A program made the translations under genes and the position numbers. From a virus (taxonomy: Duplodnaviria > Caudoviricetes), in IMG/VR virus record IMGVR_UViG_2885526491_000007, positions 32,001-96,000 of that record: a DNA stretch of 64,000 nt; one strand, given 5' to 3'. Positions 20,234-31,881 of the stretch are shown here, one piece after another. How positions within the stretch are numbered: the first letter of the stretch is position 1; every line of letters begins with the position of its first letter. The notes under the pieces are model-generated. The model made no database searches. It was not told the DNA's origin and worked only from the letters and a program-made list of their open reading frames with translations.

Positions 20234-21474
20234 TTATAGTGTCCTCCAATTTTATTTGATCTGTCTATGGCTTGACCAGCAGATGTAATTGAGCTTGCCC
20301 GTAAGATTGCAATATCTCCAAAACGATCCTTAATGTCATCCATTACCTTATCAATCGCACGTTTTTGTTCTTGATCATCGAACAATGAGAGTTGATAGGT
20401 CTCAGCATTGGAAAGATTGGACAATGATATCCCCACTCTTCGCACAGGCTGACCATCCCAATGTTGCCTAAAGATTTGTTTAGCTATCTTACACACGTCT
20501 ACAGTTATGTTAGTGGGATCTTGCAACTTAACTTGTCGACTGAAACCTGTAGGATGATCAAAGTCTGCTCCCGATAAACTCATTGTAACTACACTACCCA
20601 TTAATCTCTTTTTACGTGCACGTCTACAAACCTCAGTACAGATATCTTGAATGACTACTTCAATCTCCCAAGCTTCTGTATAATCCCTAGGCAGCGTCAT
20701 ACCGTTCCCAATATCCTTTTGTACACTATGAGTATTAATTGTTACTGGAGAGTCATCCAGTCCATTTGCCACTCTCCAAATAACCTCTCCGTTTACGCCC
20801 CATTTGCTTCTCAATTTTGACAGAGGAGTATTCGCAAGCTGTCTTATTGTTCGAATGCCCATTTTCCATAAATGTTTTTCCATCCTAGACCCAATACCCC
20901 ACATATCACGAATTGGTTTATCGCCTATGTGCTGATGAAGCTCTTCTTTTTTAAGGAAGAATACTCCACCTTCAATTTTCTTAGCGATCAGGTCACAGCA
21001 AAGCTTACTCATCACTTTATTTGTTGAGATGCCAGCTCTTGCATAGACTCCCGTTTCATTGTAAATCTTGTCTTGAATCTGCTTTGCTAAATCAATGGGA
21101 TCATTGCCAAAAAGGTGTAGTGATCCTGACACGTCCGCGAAAAGTTCGTCGATGCTATAGGGTTCCACTAAGTCAGTAAACTCCTCAATAATGGACATAA
21201 TTTGAGTTGAAACTTCGATGTATTCCTGCATATGTGGCCTTACAATAATCAGCTCAGGGCACTTTTGAAGTGATTGCCATAATGGTTCAGCGGTTGACAC
21301 GCCTTTTGCTTTAGCTAGAGGACATGCAGCAAGTATGATTCCTGAACGCCTTGCTGGATCTCCTGCAACTGCCAACGGTTTGTTTTTATGTTGCGGCATT
21401 TTAGCCTTTTCTACACTGGCATAAAACGATTGCATGTCAATTAACATAATTGTCCGCTCTTTCTTCGCCATCAT
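20230..21474 (-). CDS. uvrX: Y-family translesion DNA polymerase (UvrX/PolY2-like)
   Basis: IDMQSFYASVE, YSIDE, MWGIG, QLSLF clamp motif; RBS before ATG 21474/21471. Confidence 0.93.
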   Translation of the reverse strand: MMAKKERTIMLIDMQSFYASVEKAKMPQHKNKPLAVAGDPARRSGIILAACPLAKAKGVSTAEPLWQSLQKCPELIIVRPHMQEYIEVSTQIMSIIEEFTDLVEPYSIDELFADVSGSLHLFGNDPIDLAKQIQDKIYNETGVYARAGISTNKVMSKLCCDLIAKKIEGGVFFLKKEELHQHIGDKPIRDMWGIGSRMEKHLWKMGIRTIRQLANTPLSKLRSKWGVNGEVIWRVANGLDDSPVTINTHSVQKDIGNGMTLPRDYTEAWEIEVVIQDICTEVCRRARKKRLMGSVVTMSLSGADFDHPTGFSRQVKLQDPTNITVDVCKIAKQIFRQHWDGQPVRRVGISLSNLSNAETYQLSLFDDQEQKRAIDKVMDDIKDRFGDIAILRASSITSAGQAIDRSNKIGGHYK

Positions 21475-21495
21475 TATCACTCCCGTAGTTATATA

Positions 21496-21539
21496 AGAAC
21501 ATTTGTTTGTATTAGTATTATACACCGAACAGACGTTCT
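21496..21539. promoter_or_regulatory. two LexA/DinR SOS boxes upstream of uvrX
   Basis: AGAACATTTGTTTG (21496-21509) and CGAACAGACGTTCT (21526-21539). Confidence 0.8.
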
Positions 21540-21630
21540 TTATGCAACAGGAAATTTTTGTAGTTCAATTAAACATTAAAGTTGTATAATACATTAGGTA
21601 TTCTATCTCACATAACAAGGGAGTATTAAA

Positions 21631-22134
21631 ATGAAGGACAAGTTAAAGGGGTTAGTGATTGGTATTCTGATCGGATCAACAATTACAGGGGCAACAGCAT
21701 TTGCAGCTACTACAACACCAATTAAAGCAGCAATCCAGAAAGTCAGTCTTTATGTAGATGGAACTAAGAAATCCACAACTGATGCAATAACGTACAAGAA
21801 CACTACATATATCCCAGTTAGAAGTATGAGTAATGCAATTGGTGAGAAGGTTTCATTAAAAGGGGATAATCTTTATATAGGCAAGCAGCCGAAGTTTATT
21901 GTAAATGAGGACAATGCCTACAAGTATGTTTATGCTAAGATCAAAGTTGATGCTGATAAATACAAACTGGGGTTCATGGACGAGGGATATAGTGATGATG
22001 GGAAATATTTTACGATCAGAGCTTATGAAGATCATCAAGAATACATCGTCACTTATGGATTTTATTATGTAGAATTGACTACAGGAAATGTTTATAAATT
22101 TGACCTTTTCTCTGACGGTTTAATAAAACTATAG
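21631..22134 (+). CDS. secreted copper-amine-oxidase N-terminal (stalk) domain protein
   Basis: Signal peptide; YKNTTYIPVRSMSNAIG motif; own terminator. Confidence 0.85.
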   Translation: MKDKLKGLVIGILIGSTITGATAFAATTTPIKAAIQKVSLYVDGTKKSTTDAITYKNTTYIPVRSMSNAIGEKVSLKGDNLYIGKQPKFIVNEDNAYKYVYAKIKVDADKYKLGFMDEGYSDDGKYFTIRAYEDHQEYIVTYGFYYVELTTGNVYKFDLFSDGLIKL

Positions 22135-22156
22135 GGTGGATTTCTCCACCCCTTTT
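22132..22156 (+). terminator. intrinsic terminator
   Basis: AGGGTGGA-tttc-TCCACCCT followed by T-tract. Confidence 0.8.
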
Positions 22157-22192
22157 CTTCTTAAAACTTGTCTTTCATTGAAACAATCATAT

Positions 22193-22813
22193 TTAAACAA
22201 ACGAAAAACTTCTCATTTTTTCATCAATATCTATTTCCATGTCCCACCAAATCTTACCCTCTTTTACCTCAGGATCTTTTTGGAGATTCATTTCATTATC
22301 TAATCTAAATACATTTTGATCATATACCTTCCCGTAGCTCATTCCATATCTAGTACCACCTTCGATCACTCCTTCATTTTTCACTGTAACGATTTTTGGA
22401 CACAATGCTGCCAATAGTCGATCACGTTCAATTAAACGCTTTGAGAATTGACTCAATCCTCTCTCGTTGCGTTCAACTGCCTTTGTGGCGTATGGGTGAA
22501 TAATACATCCTTTGTTTCTAATCTCTTCGGCAAGGCTACGGTTTTTCCATGGGTAGATATCTTGCTCAATAGGTGTGTTTACGATTGCTATCGTTTTCCC
22601 ATTTCCAGCTATAGCTCCCTTGTGTGCGGCTGCATCTATACCTTCCGCTAATCCCGAAACAACTATGTATCCGTGCCTTGCTAAATTATAGGCAAAACTA
22701 TGTGCTGTTTTTAACTCTTCAGGGCTTGCTTTTCTTGACCCAATCACGGCAACCCAATTGTCTCTTTGAGTTAAATCCAAATTTAAACCAGATACTTTAA
22801 TTAGTCCCACCAT
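22193..22813 (-). CDS. DprA/Smf-type SLOG domain protein
   Basis: VAVIGSRKAS...VVSGLAEGIDAAAHKGAI...ERDRLLAAL. Confidence 0.88.
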   Translation of the reverse strand: MVGLIKVSGLNLDLTQRDNWVAVIGSRKASPEELKTAHSFAYNLARHGYIVVSGLAEGIDAAAHKGAIAGNGKTIAIVNTPIEQDIYPWKNRSLAEEIRNKGCIIHPYATKAVERNERGLSQFSKRLIERDRLLAALCPKIVTVKNEGVIEGGTRYGMSYGKVYDQNVFRLDNEMNLQKDPEVKEGKIWWDMEIDIDEKMRSFSFV

Positions 22814-23226
22814 CCTTGAGACTTTTCAGCAATGATTTTGAATGCTTCTTTCATGTCATTTAACTCTTGCTCTTCGGCTTTACGATTTACCTCTTTCCAT
22901 TCCTGATAAACAGGGCTATTTCTATTCACATGCCATTTGCGATTCTCAATACTGATAAATCCATCCGGTAAGCTATCGACCTTATTGGAATGAACGCTGT
23001 TTATCATATTGTTGAGTTTATCTTTTGCTTCTTTAATTTCTTCTGCAATCTGTGGAGCTTCAACAGAATATGTATTCTTACTATTAAAGAATTTCTCCAT
23101 ACTGGACATCTTATAATGAACAATGCGATACAGATAATCATGATCATAGTCCCTATCAGTCCATACAATCGGCAACCATTTAATCAGATTCCGAACTCCA
23201 ACTCTAAATGCTCGTGCTTGTGACAT
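22801..23226 (-). CDS. conserved phage hypothetical protein
   Basis: NLIKWLPIVWTDRDYD...GWWD. Confidence 0.75.
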   Translation of the reverse strand: MSQARAFRVGVRNLIKWLPIVWTDRDYDHDYLYRIVHYKMSSMEKFFNSKNTYSVEAPQIAEEIKEAKDKLNNMINSVHSNKVDSLPDGFISIENRKWHVNRNSPVYQEWKEVNRKAEEQELNDMKEAFKIIAEKSQGWWD

Positions 23227-23482
23227 AATTCTTTTGTAGATGTTTATACTAATGACCTCTCTTCAATTATAGGATATGGAATCTTCGTAACACTGCAATT
23301 AAAACAAACGTTGCCATCATCACATAAAAGTATAGTCTGTGTGAGAATCTTGATTTATTTGTAAAACTTACGAAACGGATAGGAAGATATGCTAGTGCCA
23401 TTGTACTCAACAATCCCAATGCAGTATCTAAATAATTTACCAGAGTTCCTGCCTCACCTTTCTTTATCAATTGTTCATTTTA

Positions 23483-23840
23483 TCAGATAGAAATTTCATA
23501 CACATTCCCTACCTTTGTCCCCTTGGTAATACAGGAGCCTTTTAGATGTTCTTCATGCTCAGGATCTTCTAAATGCTTTGAGTCTGCCAAATAATAGCCT
23601 GTGTTCACATAATCCCACTCAACTACGTACAGCCAACCCTCATATTCTATAACGTCTTTATGATAAACTTTTTGCTTGCCTGACACATCGTAAAGGCCAG
23701 TAAACGCTCTAAATATATAGTTGGCATAATGTCCACTACCTTCAGCATCATGAACTCCACTCTCCTCAAACCAATATAAATCTTCAATGGTCTCCATTTC
23801 TTTGCGGCGAGTATCGAAAGCCTGAAATTCTGAAAAACAT
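23483..23840 (-). pseudogene. YopX-family protein with a +1 frameshift right after the start
   Basis: AFTGLYDVSGKQKVYHKDVI...VGNVYE; removing one T from ATGTTTTTCA restores MFSEFQAFD behind AAGGAG. Confidence 0.7.
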
Positions 23841-23883
23841 TACTAAGTCACTCCTTATTCGTATTTTCAATCCAATATGTATT

Positions 23884-24237
23884 TCATTCAATTACTGATA
23901 TCTTAATTTCTTTTCCTTTTAATCGATCTAGAATCACTCCAATAGAAGTGCCTCCAATAATGTGATCTGTAACAATGCCTCTTGATGGTGTAACTTTACC
24001 TGTTTACTGAACATTACCTGAGAAATCTTCGTCATCAATGGCTATGGATTCTCCATTTTGTTTATCCAGCTCATTTGCCACTTGATTAAATTCATTGGCG
24101 ATACTTCTAAGATCCTGAGCACTCCACGTGTTATTTGTTAAACTGATACTGCTAACAAGCCGATGTGGGAATCCGATTTGTTTTACTATTTTCCCTTTTA
24201 TAAATCTCCCGTTAACCTTTATCTCAGCACTAAACAT
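23884..24237 (-). pseudogene. hypothetical protein interrupted by an in-frame TAA at 24004
   Basis: Frame continues 39 codons past the stop: TGKVTPSRG...LKGKEIKISVIE. Confidence 0.55.
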
Positions 24238-24817
24238 TCGCAATTTCCTCCTTTTTAGTCCATTCTAATTTATTTGTTTCGTGTCTATCCTTTTTATGTT
24301 TGAACCCCAGTTTCGCCAAAATATAATCATAAAAGGGCTTATAGTTATAGTTGTCTGTTCTGATATCTTTAGTTAAGTATGGTGACATATCTGAGGGATG
24401 TTTATAATAATGAACCCTTAAATAATATCGTTCCCCATAACTATCTCTCCCGAGTACTCTGACACACAATTCAGCATATTTATTTTCTGCTTGAGGAATC
24501 CAAACATAATGATGTGAATGGAAGCTTCCATCTGGATCATTTCTTAAATCCTCAACCTGATAAAGACATCCATCTCTAACTTCATATGTATACCGCTCAT
24601 TGTCTGGAGCATAATTGAAACTCTTTGGAATTTCGTATTGAACACCATTAATATCTGCTGTATTAAGTTTACTACTTACTCGGCGTGCTTCCTCGTCAAT
24701 CTTATGTCTCAACTTGTACATCTCTTCCCCAATGCCCTTTTTTGCCGTTTTGCTTTTCACATTCCCGTAATCCATTTTTGCTTGTTCATACTCGTTCTTC
24801 ATTTCTATTAGCTGCAT
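24230..24817 (-). CDS. hypothetical protein
   Basis: GGGAGG RBS; 195 aa. Confidence 0.75.
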   Translation of the reverse strand: MQLIEMKNEYEQAKMDYGNVKSKTAKKGIGEEMYKLRHKIDEEARRVSSKLNTADINGVQYEIPKSFNYAPDNERYTYEVRDGCLYQVEDLRNDPDGSFHSHHYVWIPQAENKYAELCVRVLGRDSYGERYYLRVHYYKHPSDMSPYLTKDIRTDNYNYKPFYDYILAKLGFKHKKDRHETNKLEWTKKEEIANV

Positions 24818-25534
24818 TTTCTACCTCCCCAATGTTAGTCAAACACGAATTTCATTCTGACTTGTTGAAAGCAATCCTTCGGTATATACCAGTCATATGT
24901 ATTTGATTAATGATGTGATTTCGAATCTTCTTTTCTGAAAGATATGATTTTACTGGTGTGTCTGTTTCCTCAGCAAATTTTAGCAATTGTTCCTTTGTGA
25001 ATGGATCAAATACTACTTTTAATTCTTCAACAGATAGATTGTAGTAATATTCTAGTGTCAACAAATGAATCTCCTCCTTTCCAATAAAATAGACCTTTTA
25101 CAAGATTGTATACCATGCCTCTAGATTACTTTCAGTTAGCGGAACTACTTCGTTTAAGTGCTCTCCATCCTGATTGCAATATACAATTGCACTGTCTCCA
25201 AACCTTCTAGTTATGTACCACTCCTCATGAAGTCCGTATTCTGCTTTTGCTACATTTCCATTAGTCAGCAGATCTAAAATCCCCGCCAACGTCAACATTT
25301 TAATCACTCCTTATTATAAATAGCCAACAAATGTCCCTTTTGGTGCAATTTCAATCTGATCAATAAAGTCTCTCTTTGATAAATACTCAATATCAAGCTT
25401 ACTCCTGTATCCAATTAAGCCTTTAATTACAGGCGATCTATATGCCACGATACCAAATTTATTTAGCACTTTTTCACACTTTTCATAGTCTTCAGAAAGT
25501 CTAATTATGTACTCCATCTACTAAGCTCCCCCTC

Positions 25535-25780
25535 TTATCTACCAAAGAAGTCATTGATACACTCCTTCTTAAAACTTTCAAGAGATATTCCATAGTCGCT
25601 ATCTAATTTATTTTTATACACACTCTTCCAACCAAACCAATACTTCATTTTCTTAAAAATACTCAGATTGTATTCTGTTGTATATAACTCAACTCCACCC
25701 ATACGACCCGTTGATACTCTTGACTGTCTAACTTTCATTAAGTATCGTGTTCCATTTTCTACCCAATACTTTTTATACAA
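25535..25780 (-). CDS. hypothetical protein
   Basis: ORF in operon. Confidence 0.6.
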   Translation of the reverse strand: MYKKYWVENGTRYLMKVRQSRVSTGRMGGVELYTTEYNLSIFKKMKYWFGWKSVYKNKLDSDYGISLESFKKECINDFFGR

Positions 25781-25790
25781 ACTTGTCCCC

Positions 25791-26237
25791 TCACAATCTG
25801 TACAATGTCACTTCATAATCGCTGAATACTTCTTCAATAATTCCATAAACAACTTTCCAATCTCCATTAGCTAACCCACAACCAATGTTATATGGAAGTG
25901 CAACTGAATAACCAAACTTCTTTGCCCGTAACTTCAATGACTCAAGCGCAGACTTCAAAGCAGCATAGTCTGTGTATACAACGTTCCTATTTCTTCCATA
26001 TGTAGTCTGTCCAAATATATTAGCTATAACTCTCTTATTGTTTACCTTGGTAGTCCAACATAGACCCAGTAATCTATCACCATATTCATGACATGCCAAC
26101 TGGTAAAACGGATAAGCATCTGGGTACATCTGTTTGATTGCTTTGGCGATTCCTGATCCCCAGACACCTTTAGTATTTGTTTGATGCCCAATGATATCTT
26201 CAGTAGCATCAAGCAAGTCACCATCGATTATTTTAAT
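25791..26237 (-). CDS. macrodomain ADP-ribosylhydrolase (DarG/TARG1/Poa1p-like); probable ATT start
   Basis: IKIIDGDLLDA...HQTNTKGVWGSGIAKAIK...ALPYNIGCGLANGDW. Confidence 0.9.
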   Translation of the reverse strand: MKIIDGDLLDATEDIIGHQTNTKGVWGSGIAKAIKQMYPDAYPFYQLACHEYGDRLLGLCWTTKVNNKRVIANIFGQTTYGRNRNVVYTDYAALKSALESLKLRAKKFGYSVALPYNIGCGLANGDWKVVYGIIEEVFSDYEVTLYRL

Positions 26238-26459
26238 CCTTCACATTGTCCTTTCTTTGATGGGCATATAATTCATAGAACTTTGTAAATAATTCACCAC
26301 TAGATGGACTTCGTTTAATTTCAAACTCAATTTCTCTTGTTCCTAATTCCAACATAATCTCTTCTTTTATGTCTCCAAGTTCTTCGAGTTGTTTTTCATG
26401 TAATAAATAATAGTCCAAAGCTTATTCTCCTTTCCTGTGAAACGTGCCTTTTACTTAGA

Positions 26460-26825
26460 CTATGATTGCAAGTCATCTACTCTAACTAAGCCCCATTTCT
26501 CTTCGTCGTCTGGTGTTGCTTCTCTGACGAACTTTGCCTGAACATGAGGACACAAACACCCATCTTCTTCTCTTACAATCATTTCAATAAGATTGTCTGC
26601 ACACCATGATCCCTTATTGTATCTAAACTCAACATCTTCATCCTTCCAAGACTCCGGTACGTCCATTACCATCCTAATAGTAAAATCCATAACAACTGTT
26701 CTGTTTCTAATTACACATTCGGAAGTATGTGACTCTCCAATCAAGCTATGGCAATAAAAACAACGATCTGGTTTACCTGCTGGTCTTGCTGCATATTCAG
26801 TTACAATCCAATCTTTTCTTCTCAT
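26460..26825 (-). CDS. Cys-rich hypothetical protein
   Basis: CFYC..H..C, CLCP; bounded by palindromes 26437 and 26846. Confidence 0.75.
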   Translation of the reverse strand: MRRKDWIVTEYAARPAGKPDRCFYCHSLIGESHTSECVIRNRTVVMDFTIRMVMDVPESWKDEDVEFRYNKGSWCADNLIEMIVREEDGCLCPHVQAKFVREATPDDEEKWGLVRVDDLQS

Positions 26826-27425
26826 ATAGCTACCTCCAATTTTTGATGAAACAGATCTTTTACATAAATATATTTGTGGTATATTTACTCTTAATTATTC
26901 TTCTGTAAAGCATCTAATGCGGATCTCATCCTTTGTACGGTTTCGTCAAGCACTTGCTGCGCCCAATATTCCAGAGGATAGTGTCCAACAAATTCTTCAT
27001 CTTCTTTTAACATCTCAATAAAAGATGAATGACTAATAATGACTCTTACTAAACTTTCCTCTAAAGGTGTTGCATCGGTTATGTACTGGATTAACATTTC
27101 AACAAAAATATGATCGTTCAATGAACTTGTCCTCCTAGCTCTTTTCTATATTTACTATCTGCTATCTCAGGGAAGATTGCTACGAATAAATCTATTACAT
27201 CTAAAATTTTACGTTCTCCGTTTGTTGCAACATAGAATCCAAAGTTTTCACTATGCTTAGTTACTTTTATGCCCAATTCTTCAGCTAATATCATTGTCTT
27301 GTCTAAATCAACTGATTTGATGTCTTTCAATTTATGTATCGCCTCCTAATTAAAGTAGTGGTATAACAACTTGTTAAAGTCATCATACCACTACTTTTAT
27401 AATTTGTACATATATTTATTCTTAT

Positions 27426-27938
27426 TTAACTGATTCTCAAGTGTTTTTTGTCATTTACCAGTACTGCACCTTCAACTTCCAATCCATTTTTCACGGCTTT
27501 AAGAAGTGCCTTACTATCAATTTTAGGCTCCTGTTCAATTTTAAACGTATCTGGGATCTTCGCTGGATCAATTATATTGATTGATGGTGGATTTACTTGG
27601 AGTTTTACTTTAAAGGTTCCAGCATTGACCTTATCGATCTTACTGACCTCAAGTGTATTTTGCATGTAGCTCTTTAGACCATCAAACTTGTTCTGAAGAT
27701 ACTTACGTTTCTTTTCAAGTCGCTTTTCCTCGTTTTTAAAAGCTTCAATATCGCCTTCGATATTCTTCATGAATTTCACAATGTTCTCAACTTTAACTTC
27801 AACCTCATCTTCAATTGATTCAAGTGTCTCAATATACATCTGCAAATCATCTTCAGTCATATCCTCATCATCCCAAGCTGCATCAACAAAATGATTAAAG
27901 CGTCTGTACTTCTCTCCAAGCTCATAAAGTTTACTCAT
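27426..27938 (-). CDS. siphovirus Gp157 (Gam-like) protein
   Basis: MSKLYEL...KVENIVK...NPPSINI...PKIDSKAL..A.KNG..VEGA.L. Confidence 0.9.
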   Translation of the reverse strand: MSKLYELGEKYRRFNHFVDAAWDDEDMTEDDLQMYIETLESIEDEVEVKVENIVKFMKNIEGDIEAFKNEEKRLEKKRKYLQNKFDGLKSYMQNTLEVSKIDKVNAGTFKVKLQVNPPSINIIDPAKIPDTFKIEQEPKIDSKALLKAVKNGLEVEGAVLVNDKKHLRIS

Positions 27939-28011
27939 TCATTATTCTCCTCATATATGTATTATTCTTGATAAATTCTATGTTTCATTGAAATATTTCA
28001 TCATGAGGCAA

Positions 28012-29079
28012 TCAGATAGTATCGTTACTAAAATCAGATTCTATGTCTTCTATTGTTTGATCAGCAAGCTCGGAAATAAATTTAATCTTTTCCTCTTTAG
28101 GAATGTTCAATTTACAAATCATCTCAATTTTCTTGTCCATCCTGATATTTCGTTGCATTATAAACGCTTTCTGCTGAGGATATTGGAAGTCTAGATAATA
28201 AAAGTGTCCATATTGATTTTCTGTCATTTGGTCTTTAAATAGTTCAGACAACTCAGTATTAAACTTTAGAAGATATGAATTCTTCTTAACGAAATTCTTA
28301 TGGATTTCTTTAAGATTTTTCGTCGGAATGAGCTTAAACAATTCTTTAGACTGACTAGTACTGATATTCTGATAGTCTTGTATTTTAAAGAAGTATTCTG
28401 AATGACTCTTCTTGTTTAATATTGAATCATAGATCAGTTTGAAGTATTTATCTTGAGTAAGTAGTGGATTCTGCAACAGTAGATTCCATGGAATTTCAAC
28501 ATATGATTCCTTCTCAAATAGATTCTTTAGATTCCCTTTGTAGCGGCTAACAGAGGAGAAATGAAAACCCATATTGTGCTCAAAGATACAACCATTACAC
28601 ACGTACATTTTATAAAGGTTGCTAAAAATCATATCTAACTCACTTTCATTGTAGTCATACGGAAGCTTATAACTTTTTGCCCATAGTGGATATTCGATAT
28701 CAAAGAGATCAAACAGAGCAAATATGATATCTTTATCTGGATAATATTTAACAATCAATTTAAACCATTGGGGAATCTCATCCTTATGCATCCCCTCAAA
28801 GTCAACTGAACTAGATTCTAGGTTTAAATGTGCAATCAATACAGAAATATTATCTAAAGTAATCTTAGACTTAAGAACCTCAAACAACTTCATTTGTTCA
28901 GGTTTCTTGTTTGTCTGAGTTAATTCGATGATCTTTTGCTCACTCAACCTATTGACTTCTCTTAAAGAGTGCAACTCATCGAGGTATTCATTAACCCTCT
29001 TTTCAACCTCTGTGTTCACCAAAGACATAAAACTGCTCTCGAAACTCTGATAGCTTTCCTCATCATATTCTAAGTACAA
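28012..29079 (-). CDS. hypothetical protein
   Basis: 355-aa ORF bounded by palindromes 27971 and 29100. Confidence 0.8.
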   Translation of the reverse strand: MYLEYDEESYQSFESSFMSLVNTEVEKRVNEYLDELHSLREVNRLSEQKIIELTQTNKKPEQMKLFEVLKSKITLDNISVLIAHLNLESSSVDFEGMHKDEIPQWFKLIVKYYPDKDIIFALFDLFDIEYPLWAKSYKLPYDYNESELDMIFSNLYKMYVCNGCIFEHNMGFHFSSVSRYKGNLKNLFEKESYVEIPWNLLLQNPLLTQDKYFKLIYDSILNKKSHSEYFFKIQDYQNISTSQSKELFKLIPTKNLKEIHKNFVKKNSYLLKFNTELSELFKDQMTENQYGHFYYLDFQYPQQKAFIMQRNIRMDKKIEMICKLNIPKEEKIKFISELADQTIEDIESDFSNDTI

Positions 29080-29116
29080 TTTATTAACTCCTTTTCTCAG
29101 TAAAATTTACATTTGA

Positions 29117-29470
29117 TCAAGATTCGTTCGACGTTAAGTCGATACCAAAGAAATATTCGCTGTTTGCCCCTCTTACACTATCAGGTGTGTCAATAAGTTC
29201 GATTCTGCTTCCATTTCCAAATTCAATATAACCATTGTTGCCTTTTTGACTTCTCAAAAACTTGCGAATCTCAATCAATTCTCTGAAATTACGTTTCATC
29301 ATCATCTCATCTACTTCATCCATAATTTGATACATCGCTTCCTGATGATCACTCCGTATAGCCGAAGGACAATCCAATGTGTTTGGAATAGCAGCATTAT
29401 GTAGTTCTTCGCTTTCAGGGCAACATTGATCAAATGCATTCCACAAACAGTGATTGTTATTGCAATGCAT
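29117..29470 (-). CDS. hypothetical Cys-rich protein
   Basis: GAAGGTGA RBS before MHCNNNHCLWN. Confidence 0.6.
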   Translation of the reverse strand: MHCNNNHCLWNAFDQCCPESEELHNAAIPNTLDCPSAIRSDHQEAMYQIMDEVDEMMMKRNFRELIEIRKFLRSQKGNNGYIEFGNGSRIELIDTPDSVRGANSEYFFGIDLTSNES

Positions 29471-29905
29471 TTGAATCACCTTCAGACACAGACATATCCG
29501 ACAAGCTTTCAGATAGTTCCTTATATTTGTCGGTAAGTTGTCTTGCATCCTCTTTTATTTTTTCGTCATCATATGTATGCATTTTTAGGGTTACACCATT
29601 CAGGGCATCTTTTGTCATCATATTACTTCATCCTCCAATTCTCTAAGAAAGTCCTCTTTTACATAGTTATTTGCTTTAGTAACTCATCATTGTGCTCCAT
29701 TAATTCCGTATATTTTTCGAGCACATGTTTTAATTCCCCAAGATCTATAAAATCAGAAGCTAAGCTTGTTCCAGTTTCTCTGTTGAAAATAATGAATTTG
29801 TTATTATCAAATATCATCTCATGCCTTCCTGAACCTACTGATGAGTAAATGACGTTATCCCAATTAATCATTTCTACACTCCTTTCATTTTCCATGTCAA
29901 AAAAT

Positions 29906-30589
29906 TTAACTGCGAACAATCCAATAAACGTCAAAACAATTGTCCCAGCAGATATTTTTTGTTACGTAGCCAGTATCTTTGAACTCTCGGAAGAATCCGT
30001 ATTTAATATCTGCCTTTTCGATATCCGTCAGATACTTCTCAGCATCTATCTTCATATGTAATTCCTCTACACTGTTGGCGTAAAATCCACCTTCAGTCCC
30101 ATCAGTTTTACCATAGAGCACTGTGTACTTGTATAGTGAAGCTACTGTATTCTCAAAAATACGTTTCAGGTCATGAGAATATTTAAAACGCTCCATGTTT
30201 AATCTAATGGACTTTATTTAATTACCATCATCATGTCGTCTTGTTGCTGCATGCCAATCACAGAACATTTCTACGATATCAAACAGGTTCATGTCTGCAA
30301 TTCCTCTTGGGTAGTGCTCAGGGTGATGTGAGTTGTTAGCATAATGATGTTTAAGTGCCACACCCATTTTTTCAAGATATACCTTGTATTCGTCAGACCC
30401 ATAAGTACTCACCTTGAGTTTAGGAGTGTATTCAGTGAAAACCTCAAGTTCGGGAGATTCTAACTTAGATTTATCATGTACAAGTGCTCTTTCAGTCAAT
30501 TCCTTTGTAAACTCCATCATGAATTCTCTAACCTGACCAATGTGCTCCTTGGTGTCTCGTATACAATGTTCTTTTGTGTATTCGTACAT
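29906..30589 (-). pseudogene. DUF5662 (HD-like) protein split by an in-frame TAA at 30218
   Basis: HDKSK...HHY.NNSHHPEHY...EMFCDW; DGN*IKSIRLNMERF continues in frame into 29906..30196. Confidence 0.75.
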
Positions 30590-30616
30590 TTTATTATCCC
30601 TTTCTCTGTAAATTTT

Positions 30617-30871
30617 CTATTTCATTAACTTATTGAAGTACTCATGAATGAGCTCATCATCAGACATAGCCTTCTCAATAATGCATTTTAAGTCTTTAAT
30701 TTGAATTTCTTTAGATCCGTTTTCTTCAATTTTAATCAATAAATCATAAAAGAACTTACCCGTGTTAGCAGAACCTAACTTAAATGCCTTATTTATAGTT
30801 GAGTATTCTGCCATTTCTTTAATAATCTCTATATAAATCTTATCCAGTTCACCTGTAGTGTCTCTATTCAA
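30617..30871 (-). CDS. hypothetical protein
   Basis: AAAGGAG RBS then TTG; bounded by palindromes 30608 and 30892. Confidence 0.6.
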   Translation of the reverse strand: MNRDTTGELDKIYIEIIKEMAEYSTINKAFKLGSANTGKFFYDLLIKIEENGSKEIQIKDLKCIIEKAMSDDELIHEYFNKLMK

Positions 30872-30914
30872 CTTCAATTCTCCTTTTCTCTGTGAAATTG
30901 CGATTTGATCTGAA

Positions 30915-31109
30915 TTACTTTTCATCTGAATTGGTTTGAAAACAGTGAAAATCATCGTTACACGAAAAGATGGCTTCGGTTCGAATGTTCTTTTTCTCAC
31001 ACAATCCATCACCTTGAAACTTACCATTGGTATAGTCGTCCTTATAATAGATGCAAAAATCACAGAGTGCTCCGACCATCTCGCATTCGCTATCACAGTA
31101 TACAGCCAT
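30915..31109 (-). CDS. Cys-rich hypothetical protein
   Basis: AAGGAG RBS; multiple Cys. Confidence 0.65.
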   Translation of the reverse strand: MAVYCDSECEMVGALCDFCIYYKDDYTNGKFQGDGLCEKKNIRTEAIFSCNDDFHCFQTNSDEK

Positions 31110-31399
31110 TCATTTTATCTCCTTATTTCTAATTATTTATTGTGATTTAATTTGCTTAGCTTAGCTTTTTAATCATATGATCTAGTGTATTTCTTAAAGC
31201 AATCGCATCAGCAAGGGAAAAGTCTATCCCACAAAATCGTGAATTGTCTTTAATTGTTACGTAAAACTCATCATCTCTCCCATGCTTCATCGCATTCTCA
31301 ACATTGTCATGATTCCAAATTAACTGCAGCAAATTGCCATTGCTATTGTTTATTTTTAACTGTAAACCTTCCTGATCTAAATATTGAGTGCTTGACATA

Positions 31400-31849
31400 C
31401 TATTCATCCCCTTCATACACAGAACAATATCCTTTAACATACATCTTAAAATTTATGTATAATTCTTCAATCGATTCTGCGTAACTATTAACATTTGGCA
31501 AAGAATATAGAAATCTTTTTTGATAATTCGTATTAAAACCATTGTCGTCCATATAGTCTTCGAATGATAACAGCAGGGACTGAAGATATCCTCTTTCTTC
31601 ATTACTACTTTCACAATGTTGGGTTTGCATATGTAAAAAGTACAATTTGTTCTTTCTATCATAAATGACTTCTATATCATTTAAGGTATACATATTAGCT
31701 TCCTTAAAACGATTATCTATTGAAGACTTAACACCCCAAATGTGCTTAAGTCTTCCCTGATTGTATTCATTGTCAGCATAGTCTGGATATTTCATTTTGC
31801 AGCGAAACACGTCAATCCATCTTGTTGTAGCATAATAAAAGTCTTTCAA
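31400..31849 (-). CDS. hypothetical protein
   Basis: ORF with GAGGGG RBS. Confidence 0.7.
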   Translation of the reverse strand: MKDFYYATTRWIDVFRCKMKYPDYADNEYNQGRLKHIWGVKSSIDNRFKEANMYTLNDIEVIYDRKNKLYFLHMQTQHCESSNEERGYLQSLLLSFEDYMDDNGFNTNYQKRFLYSLPNVNSYAESIEELYINFKMYVKGYCSVYEGDE

Positions 31850-31881
31850 ATTCTTACCCCTCTCTTAATGAAATCACGATA

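Noticed and set aside
24004-30220. Stop-codon reassignment of TAA
   Set aside because: TAA ends most genes normally; only two isolated in-frame cases
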